From positions 1,887-65,886 of the forward strand of contig MSGT01000061.1 in the NCBI GenBank assembly GCA_001940825.1: a DNA stretch of 64,000 nt, given 5' to 3'. Positions 1-8,858 of this stretch are shown here, one piece after another (within the stretch, counting starts at the first letter, position 1; each line of letters starts with the position of its first letter). A program made the translations under genes and the position numbers. This DNA is from Sphaerochaeta sp. Phil3. GTDB taxonomy: Bacteria; Spirochaetota; Spirochaetia; Sphaerochaetales; Sphaerochaetaceae. A model generated the notes under the pieces. It was not told the origin of the DNA. It worked only from the letters and a program-made list of their open reading frames with translations, and ran no database searches.

Positions 1-407
1 CATCATTGCTTATTTTGAGCTTAATGGATTCGTAGACATCACTGTCCTCGCTTATTCCGAAAATATGTGAGTACTTGAATTTTGCTTTTCTTATTCCACT
101 ATATAGAATTCGACTGTTTACGCTTGAATTGCGACCTCTTGCAATACTTGAAAAACTCCCCATGGACTGTAGGTCAACAGTCAATTGAGGAGATTTCACA
201 TACGTTCCTTTTCCCTGCATTCGTATTACAATGCCATCACGTTCCAAAACATCCAGGGCTTTGCGTACTGTGAAATGGCTGACGCCATAGTGTGTTGCTA
301 TGGTTCTCTCTGAAGGTAAGCTGTCTCCCATAGCATACTCGCCGGAATAGATTTTGTTTTTTAGAGTATCAGCAAGCTGTGTGTATAGTGGCGAAGTTCT
401 TTTCAAA
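1..407 (-). CDS. GntR/HutC-family transcriptional regulator (N-terminal part; gene runs off the window start)
   Basis: Own minus-strand translation from TTG at 407: (M)KRTSPLYTQLADTLKNKIYSGEYAMGDSLPSERTIATHYGVSHFTVRKALDVLERDGIVIRMQGKGTYV, a GntR winged-HTH signature, followed by a UTRA-like region. AAGGGG lies just upstream. It is absent from the ORF track because it is truncated. Confidence 0.7.
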
Positions 408-430
408 CAGAGGTACCCCTTTGTATGTAT

Positions 431-453
431 ATGTATAGGACTTGTCTATACAT
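431..453. promoter_or_regulatory. Candidate GntR-family operator: inverted repeat ATGTATAG-N7-CTATACAT
   Basis: Read directly: 431-438 ATGTATAG and 446-453 CTATACAT. It lies in the divergent region between the GntR gene and the catabolic operon. It contains the GT...AC core typical of GntR/HutC operators. Confidence 0.4.
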
Positions 454-604
454 AGTTTGGATTGTACAGGATTATGTAGACTTTGCAAACTGGCGGTCAT
501 GGATTTAGACAATAATTCCACTGCATGGTTTTTGTCATAGGGTTTCATTGACTCTCTATCAAAAGATGGGCCGAAGACGGCCCGATGACCCTATTAAAAA
601 ACAA

Positions 605-634
605 TTGACAAACGTATATTGCAAGAGGTATGTT
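605..634 (+). promoter_or_regulatory. Candidate sigma-70 promoter of the catabolic operon
   Basis: TTGACA at 605-610, an 18-bp spacer, then TATGTT at 629-634, about 80 bp upstream of the ATG at 716. Confidence 0.35.
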
Positions 635-715
635 AAAAACAACAAGTGTTATGGGATATATGCATGCTATGCATGATTGGCATTGTGTGCTATTCACGAA
701 ACAAAAGGAGGAAAA

Positions 716-1612
716 ATGGCATCATATATGAATCCCCAAAAGATGATTGAATGGTGCAGCATCCCTGCAGAACAATTGGAAAGGCATCCAAATTCAAAGG
801 TAAAGCTTAGGATTCTTGAAAAAAAAGAAGTTTCGAAAAGAGCTGCCGATATGATGATTGAGGAAGTTGTTTCTAACAATGCTGAGGGGAAACCAACGAA
901 ATGGGTGCTTCCTGCAGGGCCAATGGGGCAGTATAAGTATTTTGCAGAAAGGGTCAATGCGGAGCGTATTAATCTGAAGGAAGTGTATGTTTTTCATATG
1001 GATGAATTCCTTGATTGGCAAGGGCGTCCATACCCAGTGGTCAACAACTACTTCAGTCTTAAGGCGAATATGATTCATGATTTCTACGGGCTTATCGATG
1101 ATGATTTGAATATTCCGGAGGATCACCGTATATGGCCTGATATCAATGACATCGATTATCTGGACAGGAAGGTTGAAGAGCTAGGTGGCGTTGATACTGT
1201 TTATGCCGGTTTGGGGTATAAAGGCCTTGTCGCTTTTTGCGAAGCCCCTAATTCTCCATATTACAGTGTAGGCGTTGAGGAATATGCTGAATCAAAGACT
1301 CGAATTGTTCATTTGAATGAGGATACTCTAATTTCCCTCAGCGAACGGGATATCGGTGGATTCGTTCAAATTGTCCCTCCTATGGCGGTTACCATTGGTT
1401 TCAAGTCCATGTTAACGGCGAAAAAGGCGGTTTTCATGGTTACAACCGGCAGTTGGAAGCAGACTTCGATTCGGGTGCTGATGTTCAGCGAGCCCACAGT
1501 GGAATATCCTGCAACGCTGTTCCCCGAATACATTCCAGAAGTTGTGGTCCTGACAGATAGTGCAACAGCGCAGCCGCCTATCGTTGATGGCATTTTTACA
1601 GAGGTTAAGTGA
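716..1612 (+). CDS. Glucosamine-6-phosphate deaminase/isomerase (NagB) family protein
   Basis: ATG at 716 preceded by AAGGAGG (705-711). Motifs VFHMDEF, GLGYKGLVAFCE and PMAVTIGFKSMLTAKKAVFMVTTG resemble the NagB/Pgl-fold signatures. Confidence 0.75.
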   Translation: MASYMNPQKMIEWCSIPAEQLERHPNSKVKLRILEKKEVSKRAADMMIEEVVSNNAEGKPTKWVLPAGPMGQYKYFAERVNAERINLKEVYVFHMDEFLDWQGRPYPVVNNYFSLKANMIHDFYGLIDDDLNIPEDHRIWPDINDIDYLDRKVEELGGVDTVYAGLGYKGLVAFCEAPNSPYYSVGVEEYAESKTRIVHLNEDTLISLSERDIGGFVQIVPPMAVTIGFKSMLTAKKAVFMVTTGSWKQTSIRVLMFSEPTVEYPATLFPEYIPEVVVLTDSATAQPPIVDGIFTEVK

Positions 1613-1613
1613 A

Positions 1614-2570
1614 ATGGCAAAGATCCCTCAGATAATTGTTTGCAATGGGCATGGCCTTGGTGAGTATTGCGATGTAAAGCGCATTCCAAATCCAGGTGAA
1701 ACTTGTATCGCATATAATCGTCGATTTGAGATGGACGCAGGCAAAGGTACCAATGCAGCTTGTGCCATTGGAAGGCTTGGTGGGAGCGTTGCCTTCGTGG
1801 GCAAGTGTGGCGTTGATCAATGTGGTGAGCTTGGATACAAGTGGATGGGAGAGTCCAATGTGGACACTACCTACTACTGGTTGGATCCATCCATCGAATC
1901 CTGTTTGGGACTATGCATCATAGCTGAAAACGGCGAGAACATGCTACTTGATTTTGACAATGACATATGTGGCGTCCAACCGGATGAAGTGGATCGTTGC
2001 ATTCGTAAAATGACGGGTGCCAAGTATGTGATAGCTGGATTCGCACAGGCCGTGGAATCTGGTCTCCAAGCCTGCCGAACCGGTAAGGAACTCGGCATGA
2101 CAACCCTTCTCAATCCCAGCCCTCTGCGTGTAGGTATGAAGCTCGAGCGCATGCCTTATGTCGATTATCTTGTGGTGAATGAAGGCGAGTCCTATGAGTT
2201 GTTGGGTATCGACGACAAAGAGGATCTTGGTTGGGAGAAATTAGGACGTCTTCTTATTGAGAAGTACGGATGTTCCAACATAGTCATGACTCTTGGTGGT
2301 AAGGGCTCTGCTGCCGTCACTGCCGATGAGGCCTTCATGTGTCCAGGTGTCAAAGTTGAAATGGTGGATGAAACTGGTGCCGGAGATGGCTTTCTTGGTG
2401 CAATAACCTATTGCATGAATGAAGGCAAGACCCTCAAGGAAGCAATGGCATGGGCAAATGTCTATGCTGCATATACCGTTACCAAACAAGGTTCACTTGA
2501 ACACTATCCATGGAAAGCCCAGATCCCTTCGATATTCAAGGATCTTGGAAGGGCGGATCTTCTGTTCTGA
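1614..2570 (+). CDS. PfkB-family carbohydrate kinase (ribokinase-like) 1
   Basis: Start MAKIPQ at 1614, just after the upstream stop. Carries the PfkB signature VDETGAGDGFLGA. Paralogous to 3525..4487 (IIVCNGHGLGEYCDVKRIPNPGET versus VVCINGNGIGQCCNVVRIPKKGET). Confidence 0.8.
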   Translation: MAKIPQIIVCNGHGLGEYCDVKRIPNPGETCIAYNRRFEMDAGKGTNAACAIGRLGGSVAFVGKCGVDQCGELGYKWMGESNVDTTYYWLDPSIESCLGLCIIAENGENMLLDFDNDICGVQPDEVDRCIRKMTGAKYVIAGFAQAVESGLQACRTGKELGMTTLLNPSPLRVGMKLERMPYVDYLVVNEGESYELLGIDDKEDLGWEKLGRLLIEKYGCSNIVMTLGGKGSAAVTADEAFMCPGVKVEMVDETGAGDGFLGAITYCMNEGKTLKEAMAWANVYAAYTVTKQGSLEHYPWKAQIPSIFKDLGRADLLF

Positions 2571-2594
2571 ATTAAAACAAAAAAGGAGTTTAAT

Positions 2595-3512
2595 ATGGCA
2601 AAATACTTTAACGGTATCATTTCGGAGCCAATGATTTCCTATCACAAGGATGGCTCGATTGATTTTGATGTTACTCATGACCTCTTCAAGAATCTAGCTA
2701 TGAGAGGTGCTAGCGGCTTGTTCGTTAATGGATTTGGAGATGAAACCTATTCTTTGTCCCTTGAAGAGCGTCTTGAAGTCGTCAAATGTGCACAGGAAGC
2801 AGTCAAGGGGACTGATTGCCTGATTGTTGCAGTTGTGTTGGCGAATTGTCTCAGAGATGCGTTGTGGTTGGTAAAGGAATACAGAAAGCTGGATGTTAAA
2901 GCAATGTCCATCTCTTTGCCCCCATTTTACCAGCTTACCCAAGAGGCTGCCCATCAGTACTTGAGTGCTCAGTTGGAGGCTGCTCCAGATGTTCCTATGT
3001 TGGCTTTCAACTGTCGTGAGATGAACGAGCTGTTTACTCCCGAGATGCTTGGAAGACTGGCTCATGAGTATCCTAATCTGAGAGGCTATAAGGATGCAAC
3101 TCGTGACATAATCCATCTGAATAAGTGCATAGATGCATTGGACGACCTAAAAGATGACTTCAGCATCATTTCCGGTTCGGATGCAACGTTGTTTACCCAT
3201 ATGGCTATGGGTGCTTCCGCTTCTGTAAGTTTCATGAGCGTTCCTTTCCTCGATCAGATGAAAGACATCTATGATTACTTCAAGGCTGGCGAGTACGAGA
3301 AGGCTTGGCAGGCGCAGCGTATAGTGTTGAAACTACGTACATTCATGCAACAGTTTCCTGATTCCGCTGCATATATCTATGCAATGAAATACACCGCTTG
3401 TGTGAACGTCCAAGGTACACGGCACCCTGACCATATGCTTTACATCCCAGAGGAAGAGCTTAGGAAGTTTGATGAAATGGTCAAGGAATTCGGCATTACA
3501 AAGAGATATTGA
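2595..3512 (+). CDS. DHDPS/NanA-family class I aldolase/lyase
   Basis: GLFVNGFGDETYSLSLEERLEV and YKDATRD (candidate Schiff-base Lys) match the dihydrodipicolinate synthase / N-acetylneuraminate lyase family. AGGAG lies upstream. Confidence 0.75.
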   Translation: MAKYFNGIISEPMISYHKDGSIDFDVTHDLFKNLAMRGASGLFVNGFGDETYSLSLEERLEVVKCAQEAVKGTDCLIVAVVLANCLRDALWLVKEYRKLDVKAMSISLPPFYQLTQEAAHQYLSAQLEAAPDVPMLAFNCREMNELFTPEMLGRLAHEYPNLRGYKDATRDIIHLNKCIDALDDLKDDFSIISGSDATLFTHMAMGASASVSFMSVPFLDQMKDIYDYFKAGEYEKAWQAQRIVLKLRTFMQQFPDSAAYIYAMKYTACVNVQGTRHPDHMLYIPEEELRKFDEMVKEFGITKRY

Positions 3513-3524
3513 TTCGAGGCCAAT

Positions 3525-4487
3525 ATGGGACATATTCCAAAAGTAGTGTGCATTAATGGTAATGGCATAGGACAATGCTGCAACGTGGTCCGCATTCCTA
3601 AAAAAGGAGAAACCGCTATACCAACCAACCTTCATTATTGCAAGGATTCCGGCAAGGGCGTCAATTGCGCGATAGTGATTGGACGTCTTGGAGGAGATGT
3701 GTCTTACATTGGTAAGGCCGGCAAGGACGATGGTGGTGAACTGAACGAGCAGTGGCTTCAGGAGTCAGGGGTTCATTTGGAGCATTTCTGGTTGCAGGAT
3801 GGTATAAAAACCAGCCTGGGTCTTATCCTGGTAGCGGAGAACGGCGAGAATTTGATATTCAACTTTGATTCACCTGAATCTGACATAACCGTTGAAGAGG
3901 CTGTTTCCCATTTGAAGGAACTCAAAGGCGCGGAATACATGATTACAGGTTTTGAAATACCTCATTCCGTAGCATATGAAAGTGCAAGGGTCGGTTGCGA
4001 GCTGGGTATGAAGGTTTTCATCAATCCAAGTCCTTTCGATGATGCTTCTGAAGTTGTCGAGATGCCTTTTGTCGATACCATGGCTGTCAATGAAATAGAG
4101 GCTTTGATGCTCCTTGGTACAACGAAGGAAGAAACAAACGACTGGATGGATGCCGCAAAGCGACTATGTGAAAAGTACAAAGTAAAGAACGTTCTCATAA
4201 CACTTGGTGGAGATGGCGCTGTCCATTACGGAGAAAGGGGCCTAGGACATGTATCTGGAATCAAAGTCAAGGTGGTTGATGAAAGCGGTGCGGGAGATGC
4301 CTTCTTGGCTGTTTTTGTGCAGTGCCTTATCTGGGGTATGTCTGTGCAAGAGGCTCTTGAGTACTCCAACAAATATTGCGCATGGCTTGTCCAAAAGCCA
4401 GGTGAGGACGGAGTCATTGGCAAGTATCTCTATCTTAACGAAATGAAAGAGGTTTTGGATTTCTTTGAATCAAAGGAGGAAAAATGA
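3525..4487 (+). CDS. PfkB-family carbohydrate kinase 2
   Basis: VDESGAGDAFLAVF signature and overall collinearity with kinase 1. Confidence 0.8.
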   Translation: MGHIPKVVCINGNGIGQCCNVVRIPKKGETAIPTNLHYCKDSGKGVNCAIVIGRLGGDVSYIGKAGKDDGGELNEQWLQESGVHLEHFWLQDGIKTSLGLILVAENGENLIFNFDSPESDITVEEAVSHLKELKGAEYMITGFEIPHSVAYESARVGCELGMKVFINPSPFDDASEVVEMPFVDTMAVNEIEALMLLGTTKEETNDWMDAAKRLCEKYKVKNVLITLGGDGAVHYGERGLGHVSGIKVKVVDESGAGDAFLAVFVQCLIWGMSVQEALEYSNKYCAWLVQKPGEDGVIGKYLYLNEMKEVLDFFESKEEK

Positions 4488-5314
4488 AGATTTCTTTTTT
4501 CACAAACAGTCTTCATAGATGGCCTATAGAAAAGAGCTTTGAAGTAGCCTCTAAGTTCGGCTATGACGGTATTGAAATATGGGGAGGTCGTCCTCACGCT
4601 TATGCCCCCGATATGAGGCCTGAGGATATCCAAAAAATCAAGGATCTTTCTGCGAAGTACAATCTTCCTATAGTGTCATTTGAACCGGAAATGGCTTGTT
4701 TGCTATGGAGGGATCAGAGATGGATCGATGAAAGCATGGAGTATTTCCGACAATGCATCGATTTTTGCAAAGCCATAGGTTGTCCTTACATGGTTATGGC
4801 GGCACTTCAGTGCAGTTATGAATACAGCACTGATGAAGATTGGGCGCAATTCATCAAATACATGAAGGAACTCGCTGCCTATTCGGAGTCTGTTGATGGC
4901 GTGACGATGATTCTTGAGACCGTTACTCCTTGGGAAGGCAATATCCTTATACGATCCGATGACACAGTCAGAGCACTCAAAGAGATAAATAGTCCAAAGG
5001 TCAAAGCTATGTTGGATTTGGCTGCCCCTCTTACTGTAGGGGAACCGTCTTCAAATTACTTTGAAAAGCTCGGCAAGGATTTGGTCCATGTTCATCTTGT
5101 TGATTGCAAAAAAGACGTTGAGGATCATCTGATCCTTGGAGATGGAGAGCTTCCAGTGGAAGAGGTCCTCTCAATGTTGGATTCGTATGGATACGACGGG
5201 TATTGCTCCGTAGAGCTTTTTGATGAGTATCGCACTGAACCTATTTTGTTCAATCAACGTGCAATCAGAGCGATTAGACAATCGCTTGAGAACGTTGGGT
5301 TGAAACAAGGTTGA
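4484..5314 (+). CDS. Sugar phosphate isomerase/epimerase (xylose isomerase-like TIM barrel)
   Basis: ATGA start/stop overlap with the upstream kinase. The N-terminus KISFFTNSL...FGYDGIEIWGGRPH is typical of the AP-endonuclease-2 / xylose-isomerase-like TIM barrel family. Confidence 0.7.
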   Translation: MKISFFTNSLHRWPIEKSFEVASKFGYDGIEIWGGRPHAYAPDMRPEDIQKIKDLSAKYNLPIVSFEPEMACLLWRDQRWIDESMEYFRQCIDFCKAIGCPYMVMAALQCSYEYSTDEDWAQFIKYMKELAAYSESVDGVTMILETVTPWEGNILIRSDDTVRALKEINSPKVKAMLDLAAPLTVGEPSSNYFEKLGKDLVHVHLVDCKKDVEDHLILGDGELPVEEVLSMLDSYGYDGYCSVELFDEYRTEPILFNQRAIRAIRQSLENVGLKQG

Positions 5315-5342
5315 CTGCATTGTGCAAAAAAGGAGGAATTGA

Positions 5343-6845
5343 ATGCAGAAAAAAATGACTCGTGGAAATATCAAGAACATAATAGCATACGCTTTTCTTG
5401 CAATATGTTTCTTGGTGATAGGCTTGTTCTGCCCTGTTTTGGAGGAAGGGGAGAACTATAAGGTTTGGACTTTGATCCCGCCAGCGGCAATCTTCGTGTT
5501 TATCGTTTTGACAAGTAGAATTGTCGAAGGTTTCGTATTGACTGCCATATTGACCGTATTCATCAAATATCGCAGTGGCTTTGTAGGAGGATTTGTAGAG
5601 TCTATTACGGCTAACGTTACTAATCCTGACGGCTTTTGGGTTCTGTTCCTGTTTATGCTGGGTGGTATGGTTACTGTTCTCTTTAAGATCAGTGGAGCCG
5701 GGACATACTTCGCTCGTTGGATAGCGAAAAAGGCCAAGAGCAGTAAAATTGCTTTGTTCATGGCATCTTTGCTGTGCATACCCCTTGCCGTTGATGACTA
5801 CACAAGTACACTTGTCGTAGGGAACTGTATCACTCCTTTGACCGATGAGTTCAAGGTTCCTCGGGAGATGACTGCATATGTTCTGCGTGCTAGCTCGGCA
5901 AACCTTTCCACTCTTTTGCCTATAGGGGCTTGGGCTATTTACATTGGTGCTGTCATTGATATGTGGGGTTTGGATGTTGTCGGCAACCAAACTGGTTTGA
6001 TGTACTTCTTTACCAAGTGTCTCCCTTTCTGCTTCTTTCCAATTGTCTGTCTGCTCATGTGCTGGTTGATTATTGGTGGAGTCATAAAGCCGTTTGGAAA
6101 GATGAAGGAAGCGTTTCAACGTGTCGAGAATGGGGGCTCCGTTGTCCCTGAAGCAAAGCCTCGCTATATAGATGGTGTCTTGCAGGAACCTCCTGCACCA
6201 GAACCTGCCCCTGAACCAAGAGCGAAGGTCAACTTGACCCATTTTATCGTCCCTGTAGTCGCAATACTTGCATTTGGTTATGCATTTGAATGGGACATGA
6301 CATATGGATTGACTTGGGGGTTGATTACCTCTTTTGTGTATTACATCATCACTGGAGTATTTGCTCCAATAGACGCAGCTGATGTTATTACAGAAGGTCT
6401 TTCCTCCATGTCTGTTATGTGTACCATGTGTACCTGTGGCTTGGTTATTTGCAACGGATTAGCTGAACTTGGATTCGTTGAATATGTTGTTGACGTTGTC
6501 AGTCAACTTGTATCCCCAACCTTCCTACCTCTTATCATCTTCATTGCATTCTCCTTGACTGAAATGCTTGTCACTTTCAACTATACATTGTATTTGATAG
6601 CAATGCCCATTGTCGTTGGTATTGCCGTCAACGTTGGTGCGAACGTTCCTTTGGCTATTGCTGCGCTTGTTTCTGCTGGACTTTGGGGATACCAGACTGC
6701 GTTCTCCTCTGATGGTGGAATGCTTGCCTGTGCGGCATGTGGCGGTATTGATCTAATGGATCAGACTTTCTCCCAATACAAGATAACGGTTGTGTGTTGG
6801 ATTATATCAGCAGTGCTTTTCGCAGTCTTCGGAATTATTTTGTAA
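5343..6845 (+). CDS. NhaC-family membrane transporter
   Basis: 500-aa polytopic protein. TLIPPAAIFVFIVLTSRIVEGFVLTAIL resembles the conserved N-terminal helix pair of Na+/H+ antiporter NhaC-type carriers. Confidence 0.6.
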   Translation: MQKKMTRGNIKNIIAYAFLAICFLVIGLFCPVLEEGENYKVWTLIPPAAIFVFIVLTSRIVEGFVLTAILTVFIKYRSGFVGGFVESITANVTNPDGFWVLFLFMLGGMVTVLFKISGAGTYFARWIAKKAKSSKIALFMASLLCIPLAVDDYTSTLVVGNCITPLTDEFKVPREMTAYVLRASSANLSTLLPIGAWAIYIGAVIDMWGLDVVGNQTGLMYFFTKCLPFCFFPIVCLLMCWLIIGGVIKPFGKMKEAFQRVENGGSVVPEAKPRYIDGVLQEPPAPEPAPEPRAKVNLTHFIVPVVAILAFGYAFEWDMTYGLTWGLITSFVYYIITGVFAPIDAADVITEGLSSMSVMCTMCTCGLVICNGLAELGFVEYVVDVVSQLVSPTFLPLIIFIAFSLTEMLVTFNYTLYLIAMPIVVGIAVNVGANVPLAIAALVSAGLWGYQTAFSSDGGMLACAACGGIDLMDQTFSQYKITVVCWIISAVLFAVFGIIL

Positions 6846-6864
6846 ATTGTACAAACGAATTGTA

Positions 6865-6902
6865 GAATTTGGCGCAGTGATGTTCTTCACTGCGCCAAAT
6901 TC
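6865..6902 (+). promoter_or_regulatory. Intercistronic 16-bp perfect stem-loop (attenuator, RNA-stability element or weak terminator)
   Basis: GAATTTGGCGCAGTGA (6865-6880), loop TGTTCT, TCACTGCGCCAAATTC (6887-6902). No T-tract follows. Confidence 0.5.
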
Positions 6903-6919
6903 AAATAGGAGGATAGATT

Positions 6920-8035
6920 ATGGCTGCTAGATTTTCGCTAAGGCCTGTTATGTTTGACGAAACCAAGAGACCGTTGCTAAATGATTCACCATTTACAGCC
7001 AATGTTTTCAAATATGAATCTGGAGTTGAAGCTATAGAGTTTAGTAATGGACCGGTTGTTTGCATCGTTCTCCCGTATCAAGGACAACAAGTATGGCGTC
7101 TATTTATAGATGGGGAGAACATGACCATGAAGTCAATGTATGAGAGTCCTGAGAGCACTGACGATGTTTTCAATTTCAGTTATGGGGGATTTCTTATTCA
7201 CTGTGGATTGACCGCTATGGGCAACCCTTCCGAGGAAGATGATCATCCAATGCATGGGGAACTTCCACACGCCAAATACAGGAACGTATATGTAGAAGTC
7301 GGAGAAGACGGTAAGGGACGGTATGTTTCTATAGGTGGAGATTATATCTACAAACTCTCAATCGATACCGGGTATGTATTCAGTCCAGAACTTCGTTTGT
7401 ATGAGGGCTCAAGGTTGGTTGAGGTATCAGGCCATATAAAGAACCTTCGTGCAAGTACTTTCAACTACATGTACATGGCTCACATAAACTGGCTGCCAAT
7501 CAACGGATCGCGTTTGGTATATAGTACACCCAAAGATAATCAGCATATCGAGGTTTGTCGCGAGGATTTTGGGGACATTCTAGATGGAGAAGAGGCCAAG
7601 CGGCTCGATGCTTATACAAGTCGGCTGCAGAAAAACCCAAGCCTAGCCGATGTCATTGATTTTGAAACTCAATGTTATAATCCTGAATTGTGTTCTATCA
7701 TGCATTATAGGTCTGATGAAAAAGGATGGGCTCATTCAATGCAGATTCGTCCTGATCAGACTTCCTGCTATGTTGGGTTTGACACTAGTATTCTCTGTAA
7801 TGGGTTGAGGTGGTTTAGCTGGACGGAGGATGAACGTTCCTGTGGATTCGCTCTTCCGAATACCGGCAACCAGAGGGGTAGGGCCTATGCTATAAAAAAC
7901 GGGCTAATGAAAAAACTTCCTGGATACGGGGAAGCGCTACTTAGATATCGTTTCGGTAAACTTGGTCCTATGGAAACCGTCGAGATGGAGAACAGAATAA
8001 ACTCTATTCTTAAGAACTGCGGACAAAAGTCGTAG
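6920..8035 (+). CDS. DUF4432 / aldose-1-epimerase-like protein
   Basis: 371 aa. YGGFLIHCGLTAMGNPSEEDDHPMHGELPH and the overall pattern recall the DUF4432 galactose-mutarotase-like family. AGGAGG lies upstream. Confidence 0.6.
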   Translation: MAARFSLRPVMFDETKRPLLNDSPFTANVFKYESGVEAIEFSNGPVVCIVLPYQGQQVWRLFIDGENMTMKSMYESPESTDDVFNFSYGGFLIHCGLTAMGNPSEEDDHPMHGELPHAKYRNVYVEVGEDGKGRYVSIGGDYIYKLSIDTGYVFSPELRLYEGSRLVEVSGHIKNLRASTFNYMYMAHINWLPINGSRLVYSTPKDNQHIEVCREDFGDILDGEEAKRLDAYTSRLQKNPSLADVIDFETQCYNPELCSIMHYRSDEKGWAHSMQIRPDQTSCYVGFDTSILCNGLRWFSWTEDERSCGFALPNTGNQRGRAYAIKNGLMKKLPGYGEALLRYRFGKLGPMETVEMENRINSILKNCGQKS

Positions 8036-8041
8036 CTTATA

Positions 8042-8851
8042 ATGTTGTATGGGGGTTTTGCTGTGGAATCATTGAAAGGCAATGAACGTGCGATTGTCTT
8101 TTTTGATATAGATGGTACACTCTGTCGATACGAGGATACTGTCAAAGACAACATTAAAAGTTGCTTTAAGAGACTTCATAATGGAAACCATGTAGTTTTC
8201 CTTTGTACGGGAAGATCTCCAAAGGACATATCAAATGACATCCTTTCTCTTGGATTCGATGGAATCATTGCTTGCATGGGTGCAGTAATCATCCATGGGA
8301 ACGAAGTGCTGCAAAACAGGTTCATTACGCCAGATATGTTGTTGGAGACTGTTGGACTGATGATAGAACGCAAAGTGCCGGCATTGATTTTAGGCATAGA
8401 TGAGGTTTTGCGTACTGAACAAATGAAACCCACACCGCTTGAAACTGGAATTGTAAGGTCGGTTGAAGATCTTTATAGGAATGGCAAGCTTGTGGAAATA
8501 TCGTCGTTGGATATAGAGTATCCTAATGTTTCGGCTCTTGGAAAAATAAGAGAAATAATAGATAAGCACTCCGATCTCATTGAATACAACGAAACAAGTG
8601 GACAGACTCGTCTCAAAGGTGTCAACAAGGCGGAGGCTATACGAGTGGTGTTGGCAAGATACTCCCATGAAAACCTAAAAAGCTACGCAATTGGTGATAG
8701 TCAGAATGATATTGAAATGCTCAACTGCGTTGATGTCGGCATTGCGATGGGAGACGCTCCTGATAGTGTAAAATCAGCAGCCTCTTGGACAACCTCTACG
8801 GTGGAGGAAGATGGCGTTTGCAATGCTATGAAACATTTTGGTCTTGGTTAG
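8042..8851 (+). CDS. Cof-type HAD-IIB phosphatase
   Basis: HAD motif I FFDIDGTL and motif IV GDSQNDIEML. Confidence 0.8.
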   Translation: MLYGGFAVESLKGNERAIVFFDIDGTLCRYEDTVKDNIKSCFKRLHNGNHVVFLCTGRSPKDISNDILSLGFDGIIACMGAVIIHGNEVLQNRFITPDMLLETVGLMIERKVPALILGIDEVLRTEQMKPTPLETGIVRSVEDLYRNGKLVEISSLDIEYPNVSALGKIREIIDKHSDLIEYNETSGQTRLKGVNKAEAIRVVLARYSHENLKSYAIGDSQNDIEMLNCVDVGIAMGDAPDSVKSAASWTTSTVEEDGVCNAMKHFGLG

Positions 8852-8858
8852 CAATTGT

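Noticed and set aside
5274-6242. 322-aa minus-strand ORF antisense to the NhaC-type transporter gene
   Set aside because: The translation is Arg/Ser/Cys/His-rich with no recognisable motifs or SD. It is fully shadowed by a conserved-looking 12-TM transporter on the plus strand.
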